This document shows positions 46,125 to 52,801 of a DNA stretch of 64,000 nt, piece after piece. Source of the stretch: an uncultured Anaerolineaceae bacterium (lineage in GTDB: Bacteria; Chloroflexota; Anaerolineae; Anaerolineales; Villigracilaceae); assembly GCA_964524485.1 (NCBI GenBank), contig CAZGFR010000004.1, positions 3,036-67,035 on the forward strand, read 5' to 3'. The stretch's first letter is position 1. Each line of letters starts with the position of its first letter. The position numbers and the translations under genes were made by a program. Under the pieces are notes generated by a model. It was not told where the DNA came from. It did not search any database and saw nothing but the letters and a program-made list of their open reading frames with translations.

Positions 46125-49100
46125 TTCGATCCCTCCCCATTGCCGTTGTGTGGGATGGCGGGGTTGATGGTGATGCGCGCATGCCGCGCTCCCACAACCT
46201 TCATCAGTTCGTTGCCCGTGGTCTCCAGGATGGTCTGGATGTCGGTGGAGCGGCGGATCTTGCTGGTCACCTCGAAGAGTTGGCGCTCGCGTTCGGCCTG
46301 GGTGCGGATCTGCTCCAGCAGGCGGGCGTTCGCGATGACGGCCGCCAGGCTGCCGCCCAGCGTGCCGAGCATTTCCTCGTCACCTTCGCTGTATGCGGCC
46401 TGCTGTTCGCTTTCCACGTTCAGCACGCCCAGCATTTCATTGCGGTAAATCAGAGGAACGGCCAGTTCGGAGCGCGTGTTGGAACTGACCTGGATGTAGC
46501 GCGGCTCGTCGGCGATGTCGTCGATGCGCAGGGGACGGCGGTGCGCCGCCACCCAGCCTGTCACACCGCTGCCCACCGGGATCCGAATCTGGGCTACTTC
46601 TTCCGAGTAGCCGACCGAGGCCTTGACCTGCAATTCCTTGCGGTCGCGGTCGAGCAGGAGGATCATCACACGGTCGCCGCCGAGCGTCACCTGGAGTCCG
46701 TTCACCGCGCTGGTAAGGGCTTCTTCCAGGGTGGTCCCGGAGGCCGCCGTGGTGGTGATGTGATGCAGCAGGCGGTGCTGGGAGAGGTGTTCCTGCGTTT
46801 CGGAGAACAGCTCGCTGTTTGCCACCGCCACCGCCATCTGGTCGGCGAGGATTTGCAGGGTGCGCAGGTTGTCGTCGTTGAAGGCGAAGATCTGCGTGCT
46901 TTGCACGTCCAGCACGCCCAGGATGCGGTCACTGACCTTGAGCGGGATGGCAGCCTCGCTCCTCGTCTCGGGCAGGAGCGGATTGGCATAATAAGTAGGA
47001 TCCTTGGCGGCGTCGTTGATGACCAGCATCTCGCCGCGCCCGGAGACGTATCCCACGATGGATTTGGAGCCGACGCCGAGTTTGTGCCCGGCGCGTTTGA
47101 GTTGCTGCCCTGCCTCACCGGTCGCCTCGCGGATGACGGCGAATTCCCCGGGCAGGTCGAGCAGGAACACGGACGCGTGATAGAAGTTGAAGCGTTCGCG
47201 GATCAGGTTGACGGCCTTGGCCAGCAGTTCGTCCACATTGAAGGAGCGGCTGACCTCGCGGGCGATTTCCGCCGCGGTCTCGAGCTGCACAGCGCGCTCG
47301 CGGCTGTCATCCAGCAGGCGCACGTTATAGATCACGCCCGCCACCTGCGACGAGAGGGCCGAGATGAATCTCAGGTTATTCTCGGTGAAAGCGCCTTCGT
47401 TCTCGGTGTCCTGCACGATCAAGGCGCCGATGGCCTCCCCGTTGAGGATCATGGGTGCGCCCATCCACGATCTGGGTGGACGGCCGATGATCTTGGCGCC
47501 CATGGCCGCCGCGCGTTTCTCGGTGTTTTCCACCAGCAGGAGTGGCTTCTTGGAGTGGATCAGAATCGAGGTCAGGCCCTCGCCCAGGGGGAACGGGTCG
47601 ATCTGGGTGATGCGTCCCTCGTCGTAGGCATACGGGATGCGGATCGTGTTGGACTTCGAGTCGTACAGCGCCACGATGAAACTGTGGTCGCCGATGATGT
47701 TCTGGACCTGTTTATGCAGGGTGGTGAACAGATCGCTGGCGTCGGTCGCCGTGGACACGATCTGGCCGATGGAGGTCAGCGCATTCAATTCGCGCATGCG
47801 CTCGTCGGTGGTGTCGGCGGCCTGGATCTTTTCAAGTGTGATCGAGGTCAGGTCGGCCAGGCTGATGTAGGGCTGCAAGGCCGAGCGGTTCAACTTGACG
47901 GCACGCGAACCGATCATCAGCAGGGCGTCCAGACTTTCACCGCGCATGATCGGCAGGTAGGCCACGGATTGGAAGCCCAGCGCGGTCGGAATGGCGGTCA
48001 GCGCGTTGGTGGTGGGGCTGGCCGTCAGGTCGTAGATGGATTCACCTGCCAGTTGGCGGACGGTCTCTGCGGGAGTCAATTTGATGTCGCGCGGCAGGGT
48101 GTTGACGGAGGGATTGCGCGTGTCGTTGATGAAATCCAGTTCGAGCTGATTGTTGCGCGGACGGAAGATACCCGTTGCGTAGGGTGCATCCCTGAGCGCC
48201 GCGCTGACGATGCTCAACGCCTCTGTCTCGCTCTGCGCCTGGGCGATCTGGCGGCTGGAGCGGTACAGGCGCTCGAGTTCCTGGAAGTTGATCTGCGTCG
48301 ATTCGACCAGGCTGGCGTTCTGGATGGCGGCCGCGATCTGGTTGGCCAGGGTTTGCAGCACCACGATGGCTTCCGAGTCGAAGGCGTTCGGCTCGGTGCT
48401 TTGTACGTCGAGCACACCGTAGACCAGGTCGCCCGAGGAGATCGGGACAGCGGCTTCGGCGCGCGTGTTGACCAGCAGGGTGTTCTTGAAGTGGAGCGGA
48501 TCCTCGACCGTGTCGGATGCGACGCGCGGCTGGTTATTGGCCGACACCCAGCCGACCAGGGAGGTCGAACCGACTTCGAGGCTGTGTCCACGCTCGAGCA
48601 GTTCGCGCGCCACCGGGCTGTAGGCCGCGCGGATGACCGCGTATTTGCCTGCGCGATCGAGCATGAATATGGACGAGTGATAATACCCGAAGCGTTCGAC
48701 GATTAGGCGGGTGGTGGTGTTCATCAATTCGGGCAGGTCAGTGGCGGCGGTGATGCCCTTGGCTACTTCGCCCGCCGTGCGGATCTGGCGTGTGCGCTCC
48801 GCGACCTTTTGTTCAAGGGAACGCGTCAGGCTGCTCAACTCGTCGGCCATCTGGTTGAACGAGTGGGCCAGCTGGCCGATCTCGTCCTGCCGTTTGACCT
48901 CGGCCCGCTGGTCGAGGTCACCTTCGGCGAAGCGGCGCGTGACCCCCGTCAGTAAAATGATGGGATTGATCATGCGGTTGATGCCGCCGCTGATGGCGAT
49001 GGCCGCCAGGATCATTGCGCCCAGGAAGATGCCGATGGTGAACGGCGCCAGGCTGTTGACCCGGTCAAGGACCACATCTCTCTGAATTTCAAGCACAACC

Positions 49101-50014
49101 CCGGCATTCATGCCGGGCAGCCATTTTGCCTGTGCAATGACGGTGTGACCGTCATTGGTTTCGAGCGTGAGCGAGGCGGGCGGCGGGGATTCCTCGGTCT
49201 GGCCCATCATCCCCGCGAAGGCCGTACCGAGCGAGGCTTTTTGTTCCTGGGATGGTTCGATACGCAGCAAGTCGCCCGTATACGGGTCGGCTCCGATCAG
49301 TACTCCGTCTGTGGTGACGAAATACGCCGAAGCCGAAGGGCTGAGTCGTACCAACGGGTCGAGGATGCGTGACAGGCTTTGCGGCTCGGTCACGCCCACC
49401 AGGGCTCCGAGTACCGAACCTGACTCGGTGCGGTAGGGCTGGATGGTGAGCGCCACCAACTGATTCGGATAGTATGGACGGAAATCGTAGACCGTGATCG
49501 TGATGGGCTTCCCCGCGCGAAGGCTGCCATACGCTGCGGTCTCTGCAATGGAAGTGGTCTCCCATTCCGGGCGGGTGGCCATCTGGATCGTGCCGTTCGG
49601 GCGCACCAGGAAGACCTGGTCGAAGGTGGGGTTGGCTTGATCTGCGTTCATTACGCGGATCTGATCCAGCACCTGCCTGCGCAGCGAGTTGAAGGTGGTG
49701 CTCTTGCGGTTGGAATGCAGCGCCTGCTGGAGCAGAGAGGCCAGGTCTTCGCGGTTGGTCAGCCGTTCCAGGCGGATGTTCTTGGTCTTGAGCAACAGGA
49801 CGACGTCGTCCGTCTGCCCGTTCAGCAGGGTCTGCATCTGTGTCACAGCCTGCTGTTGCAGCAAATCCCTGGAACGCAAATAAGCGCTGCCAGCCATGAT
49901 GATCAGCGGGATCAACGTCAAGCCAACCAGCGCCTGGATCAGCGTGCGTCTCAGACTGCCTGTAAATTCACCTGTGTTCATGTTCTGCGCGGAGCGACCG
50001 TCGAAGGATGTCAT
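46121..50014 (-). CDS. Receptor paralog R1 (1297 aa): TM + dCache-like domain + TM + HAMP + five GAF domains + GAF-head stub; no output domain
   Basis: HAMP reads AEGDLDQRAEVKRQDEIGQLAHSFNQM. Two GAFs carry the family core (RFGYYHSSIFMLD.., RFNFYHASVFLLD..LADQMAVAVANSELF), and three more divergent GAFs are present. The stub reads AERERQLFEVTSKIRRSTDIQTILETTGNELMKVVGARHARITI. Confidence 0.8.
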   Translation of the reverse strand: MTSFDGRSAQNMNTGEFTGSLRRTLIQALVGLTLIPLIIMAGSAYLRSRDLLQQQAVTQMQTLLNGQTDDVVLLLKTKNIRLERLTNREDLASLLQQALHSNRKSTTFNSLRRQVLDQIRVMNADQANPTFDQVFLVRPNGTIQMATRPEWETTSIAETAAYGSLRAGKPITITVYDFRPYYPNQLVALTIQPYRTESGSVLGALVGVTEPQSLSRILDPLVRLSPSASAYFVTTDGVLIGADPYTGDLLRIEPSQEQKASLGTAFAGMMGQTEESPPPASLTLETNDGHTVIAQAKWLPGMNAGVVLEIQRDVVLDRVNSLAPFTIGIFLGAMILAAIAISGGINRMINPIILLTGVTRRFAEGDLDQRAEVKRQDEIGQLAHSFNQMADELSSLTRSLEQKVAERTRQIRTAGEVAKGITAATDLPELMNTTTRLIVERFGYYHSSIFMLDRAGKYAVIRAAYSPVARELLERGHSLEVGSTSLVGWVSANNQPRVASDTVEDPLHFKNTLLVNTRAEAAVPISSGDLVYGVLDVQSTEPNAFDSEAIVVLQTLANQIAAAIQNASLVESTQINFQELERLYRSSRQIAQAQSETEALSIVSAALRDAPYATGIFRPRNNQLELDFINDTRNPSVNTLPRDIKLTPAETVRQLAGESIYDLTASPTTNALTAIPTALGFQSVAYLPIMRGESLDALLMIGSRAVKLNRSALQPYISLADLTSITLEKIQAADTTDERMRELNALTSIGQIVSTATDASDLFTTLHKQVQNIIGDHSFIVALYDSKSNTIRIPYAYDEGRITQIDPFPLGEGLTSILIHSKKPLLLVENTEKRAAAMGAKIIGRPPRSWMGAPMILNGEAIGALIVQDTENEGAFTENNLRFISALSSQVAGVIYNVRLLDDSRERAVQLETAAEIAREVSRSFNVDELLAKAVNLIRERFNFYHASVFLLDLPGEFAVIREATGEAGQQLKRAGHKLGVGSKSIVGYVSGRGEMLVINDAAKDPTYYANPLLPETRSEAAIPLKVSDRILGVLDVQSTQIFAFNDDNLRTLQILADQMAVAVANSELFSETQEHLSQHRLLHHITTTAASGTTLEEALTSAVNGLQVTLGGDRVMILLLDRDRKELQVKASVGYSEEVAQIRIPVGSGVTGWVAAHRRPLRIDDIADEPRYIQVSSNTRSELAVPLIYRNEMLGVLNVESEQQAAYSEGDEEMLGTLGGSLAAVIANARLLEQIRTQAERERQLFEVTSKIRRSTDIQTILETTGNELMKVVGARHARITINPAIPHNGNGEGSK

Positions 50015-50017
50015 GGT

Positions 50018-50464
50018 CTATGTGAATTCCCAAACTTGTTCCCCACTCAGGATGCGGCGGATCTGGTCAGGAAAACGGTCGGGGTCGAGCGGTTTGCCCA
50101 GAAAGCCATCGAAGCCCGAAGCGCGGGCTTTGTTCATCTGCTCCTGACTGGCTTCGGCCGTCACGGCAATGATTGGGATGGTCTTCAGCCGCTCGGAGGC
50201 GCGGATCTTCTTCAACGCCCCGTAGCCGTCCTCGTAGGGCAGGCGGATGTCCATCAGGATCAGGTCCAGGCGCGGCAGGGTGTCGGCATATTCCACCACC
50301 TCGTACCCCGAGGTCTTCCACTCGCAGTGGATGCCAAGGTAACCCAACATGCGGGCGATCAGCACGAAGTTGGACACGTTGTCCTCTACCACCAGCACGG
50401 TCGTATCTTTGGGGATGCCTGGTTTGCGGGCGGGTTGAACTTCCATCGAGGTGGGGTTAACCAT
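50018..50464 (-). CDS. Stand-alone CheY-like receiver protein (with ~20-aa N-terminal extension)
   Basis: The protein reads VLVVEDNVSN..LILMDIRLPYEDG..IPIIAVTAEA..GFLGKP. No output domain is present. Confidence 0.85.
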   Translation of the reverse strand: MVNPTSMEVQPARKPGIPKDTTVLVVEDNVSNFVLIARMLGYLGIHCEWKTSGYEVVEYADTLPRLDLILMDIRLPYEDGYGALKKIRASERLKTIPIIAVTAEASQEQMNKARASGFDGFLGKPLDPDRFPDQIRRILSGEQVWEFT

Positions 50465-50840
50465 TGGTGTTCCTCATAAAACGTTCGATCTGATGGGGCA
50501 GGTTGTCGATGTCGATCGGTTTCTGGATGTAGCCGTCGCAACCTGCTTCGAGGGATTTCTCGCGGTCACCGCGCATGACGTTGGCCGTCACCGCCACGAT
50601 GGGCACACGCGTGTGGGCGGGCATCGCGCGGATTTTGGCGGTCAGGGTGTAACCGTCCATGTCGGGCATGTTGATGTCCATCAGGATCAGGTCGGGGTTG
50701 CCTTTATCGAGCAGGCTCAAGGCTGCCTCGGCGTTGGGTGCTTCCATCAACTGGTACCCCTCCGCCTCCAGTACACGGCGGACCAGGCTGCGGTTATCAG
50801 AGTTATCTTCGACGTAGAGAATGGTCTTCTTATCGGACAT
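50457..50840 (-). CDS. Stand-alone CheY-like receiver protein; first gene of the 27-kb block
   Basis: The protein reads ILYVEDNSDNR..LILMDINMPDMDG..VPIVAVTANV..GYIQKP. A GGAG SD lies upstream. Its 3' end overlaps the next gene by 8 nt. Confidence 0.85.
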   Translation of the reverse strand: MSDKKTILYVEDNSDNRSLVRRVLEAEGYQLMEAPNAEAALSLLDKGNPDLILMDINMPDMDGYTLTAKIRAMPAHTRVPIVAVTANVMRGDREKSLEAGCDGYIQKPIDIDNLPHQIERFMRNTNG

Positions 50841-50914
50841 TTTGGGTCTCCGTATTCGATTCTACATGCGCGCAAAAAACCACTACATAACAGCAACCTT
50901 ACAAATCAATTAAC

Positions 50915-50942
50915 AAAAAAGTCGAGGACAACTGTCCTCGAC
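50915..50942 (-). terminator. Rho-independent terminator of tRNA-Gly
   Basis: The minus strand reads gtcgaggac-agtt-gtcctcgac followed by T6. On the plus strand this is an A6 run at 50915-50920 followed by the stem-loop at 50921-50942. It begins 4 nt after the tRNA 3' end. Confidence 0.75.
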
Positions 50943-50946
50943 TGAG

Positions 50947-51018
50947 AGCGGGTGAAGGGATTCGAACCCTCGATATCTTGCTTGGGAAGCAAGCGTTCTA
51001 CCACTGAACTACACCCGC
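50947..51018 (-). tRNA. tRNA-Gly (anticodon CCC), no encoded CCA
   Basis: The reverse complement reads GCGGGTGTAGTTCAGTGGTAGAACGCTTGCTTCCCAAGCAAGATATCGAGGGTTCGAATCCCTTCACCCGCT. It has a 7-bp acceptor stem, an anticodon stem CTTGC/GCAAG with loop TTCCCAA, and a T-arm GGTTCGAATCC. Confidence 0.9.
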
Positions 51019-51032
51019 AAGTGCGAACGGGG

Positions 51033-51061
51033 ATTATAGCCAGCCGCTGGGGCGGTGTCAA
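51033..51061 (-). promoter_or_regulatory. Perfect-consensus sigma70 promoter of tRNA-Gly (TTGACA -17- TATAAT)
   Basis: The minus strand reads cacTTGACAccgccccagcggctggcTATAATccccgttcgcactt followed by GCGGGTG. The -10 element ends 14 nt before the mature 5' end. Confidence 0.7.
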
Positions 51062-51094
51062 GTGACGGCGCATCCAGCCTTTTCCTGGACCCGC

Positions 51095-52099
51095 TCACTG
51101 TTCCCGTTTCAGCAGCTTGTGGGCCAGCCCGATCAGGGTCTCGCCTGCCTGCCCCTGGGGTGCGGCGGATTCCAGGCTTTGCAGGGCCTTGTCGGTCCAC
51201 TGTTTGGCCTGGGACTGGGCGTACTCGTACCCACCCGCATCCACCAGCCATTGGGCCACCTGCGCCACTTCCTCAGGCTGGATCGGTCCCTGTTTCCAGC
51301 GCTCGGCGAATTGTCCGCCACGGCTGAGGCCGTACAGCACGGGCAGGGAATTCTTGCCCTCCACCAGGTCGCTGGCCGCGGATTTGCCCGTCACGGCTTC
51401 GTCGCCCCAGATGCCGAGGATATCGTCCTGCACCTGGAAGGCTAGCCCGAGGTCAAAGCCGAAGGCGCGGTAGGCCTCCTGCCGCGGTTCGTCTGCGCCG
51501 CCCAGCAGCGCGCCGATGTGACAGCAGGCCGCCAGCAGGGCGGCCGTCTTGCCGCCGACCATCGGCCAATAATCGTCCACGCTCAGGTCGTGGCGCTCTT
51601 CATAAGACATGTCGAGGAACTGGCCGCGGGTCAGGTCGAGGCAGGTGTCGTGCAGGATGGAGGAGGCGCGCACCACGCGGTCGGCAGGATGAGATTCGAG
51701 CAGGTCGATCAGGGCCTGGTTCGAGATGACGAAGAGCGCGTCGCCCACGTTGATGGCCATCGGCGCACCCCAGCGCACCCATGCGGTGGGACGTCCGCGC
51801 CGCTTGGGGGAGTTGTCCTGGATGTCGTCGTGGACCAGGCTGAAGTTGTGGACCAACTCCACGGCGGCGGCGGCGGGCAGGGCGGTCTTCCAATCTGCGC
51901 CGCAGGCAGCGGCGGAGAGCAGCACCATCAGCGGACGGATGCGTTTGCCCGTGGCTTCGGGACCCGCGCCTTCGCCCGTCCAGCCCATGTGATAGGTGAG
52001 CATCTCGTGGAAGGCGCGGGTGCGCGGCTGGTCGAGGCGCGCCACTTGTCGCTGGAGTTCGCTTTCGATGGAGGGGAGCAGGTCAGAGATCATGGACAC
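51095..52099 (-). CDS. Polyprenyl diphosphate synthase (trans-IPPS, GGPP/FPP synthase-like)
   Basis: The first Asp-rich motif reads LVHDDIQDNSPKRRGRPT. The second region reads FQVQDDILGIWGDEAVTGKS. Confidence 0.85.
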   Translation of the reverse strand: MSMISDLLPSIESELQRQVARLDQPRTRAFHEMLTYHMGWTGEGAGPEATGKRIRPLMVLLSAAACGADWKTALPAAAAVELVHNFSLVHDDIQDNSPKRRGRPTAWVRWGAPMAINVGDALFVISNQALIDLLESHPADRVVRASSILHDTCLDLTRGQFLDMSYEERHDLSVDDYWPMVGGKTAALLAACCHIGALLGGADEPRQEAYRAFGFDLGLAFQVQDDILGIWGDEAVTGKSAASDLVEGKNSLPVLYGLSRGGQFAERWKQGPIQPEEVAQVAQWLVDAGGYEYAQSQAKQWTDKALQSLESAAPQGQAGETLIGLAHKLLKREQ

Positions 52100-52168
52100 C
52101 TTTTGACAATGGGCGCTTCGACTGCGGGTCTCGATACGCTCGCATCTCGACCCTCGGCTCAGCGCGAA

Positions 52169-52774
52169 TTAAAGAATTCCCAACTGCTGGAGTTCGCGCT
52201 CCAGTTGTTCGGGAGATTGATACTGGATGGTGACGATGTTCAACGCGCGCGCGGCGACGACGTTGGCGGGGTTGTCGTCGATGAAGACGCATTCCTCGGG
52301 CTTGCGGCCGATCTTCTCCAACATGCGCTGGAAGATGGCGGGGTCGGGCTTGACCAGCTTGACCTCGCCCGAGAGCAGATAACCATCCAGTAAATTGAAG
52401 AAGGTATGTTGTTTGCGGATGATGGGAAAGGTCTCCATTGACCAGTTGCTCAGGCCATAGACGGGCCAGCCCGCCGCTTTGACGCGCTTCAGGATCTCGA
52501 TGACGGGCGTGATCGGCTCGCCGATGGACTCTTCCCAGTGCTCGTGGTAGGCGCGGATCAGGTCCGCGTGTTGCGGGAATTGGGCCGTCAGGTCGGCCAC
52601 GCCCTCGGCGAACGGTCGGCCCTTGTCTTGCAGGGCGTTCCACTCCATGAAGTCGATCTCTTCGAGGAAGTGCTCCATGCTCTCGGCGTCGTCGAAGTAG
52701 CGGCGATACAGGTTGCGCGGGTCCCACTCGATCAGGACCCCGCCAAAGTCAAAGATGACAGCAGTGATGTTCAT
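52169..52774 (-). CDS. HAD-superfamily hydrolase (subfamily IA-like phosphatase)
   Basis: Motif I reads VIFDFGGVL. LSNWS and FIDDNPANV mark the later motifs. Confidence 0.75.
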   Translation of the reverse strand: MNITAVIFDFGGVLIEWDPRNLYRRYFDDAESMEHFLEEIDFMEWNALQDKGRPFAEGVADLTAQFPQHADLIRAYHEHWEESIGEPITPVIEILKRVKAAGWPVYGLSNWSMETFPIIRKQHTFFNLLDGYLLSGEVKLVKPDPAIFQRMLEKIGRKPEECVFIDDNPANVVAARALNIVTIQYQSPEQLERELQQLGIL

Positions 52775-52801
52775 GGCCTTTCCAGAATGGATGCGAGGAT
52801 G

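Noticed and set aside
26900-48700. Possible CRISPR-like or tandem-repeat array suggested by conserved 20-45-nt blocks recurring along 22 kb
   Set aside because: The spacing is 1.5-3.9 kb and irregular. The blocks are in frame inside long ORFs and encode the conserved GAF motifs. There are no short uniform spacers and no cas genes. They are paralogous coding repeats, not CRISPR.
46106-48706. 866-aa plus-strand ORF antisense to receptor R1, with similar long antisense ORFs at 27222-28676, 29854-30840, 33168-34085, 36574-38013, 39615-40988, 40595-41596, 44403-45344 and 59093-61426
   Set aside because: All mirror minus-strand genes that carry clear HAMP, GAF, kinase or NHL motifs. The antisense products are repetitive G/D/V/A/H/R strings. 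Their recurrence simply reflects the repeated GAF cassette on the other strand.
29827-50014. Calling the eight HAMP-containing receptors methyl-accepting chemotaxis proteins
   Set aside because: HAMP and Cache domains are shared with MCPs. However, no MCP signalling hairpin (highly conserved domain with methylation heptads) follows, only GAF modules. No cheA, cheW, cheR or cheB genes occur in the window.
50841-50914. Annotating a definite promoter for the 27-kb operon (TAGAAT hexamer ~18 nt upstream of ATG 50840)
   Set aside because: The hexamer has no acceptable -35 (tgtagt or atgtag at 17-18 nt) and no TG extension. Other promoters in this window are much closer to consensus. I report it only as an open question in the findings.
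51009-51251. 80-aa minus-strand ORF overlapping the 5' part of tRNA-Gly, its promoter and the 3' end of the polyprenyl synthase gene
   Set aside because: It overlaps the tRNA 5' end and its consensus promoter, and it runs out of frame over the 3' end of the polyprenyl synthase gene. Its product is Gly/Arg/Pro-rich. I treat it as spurious.
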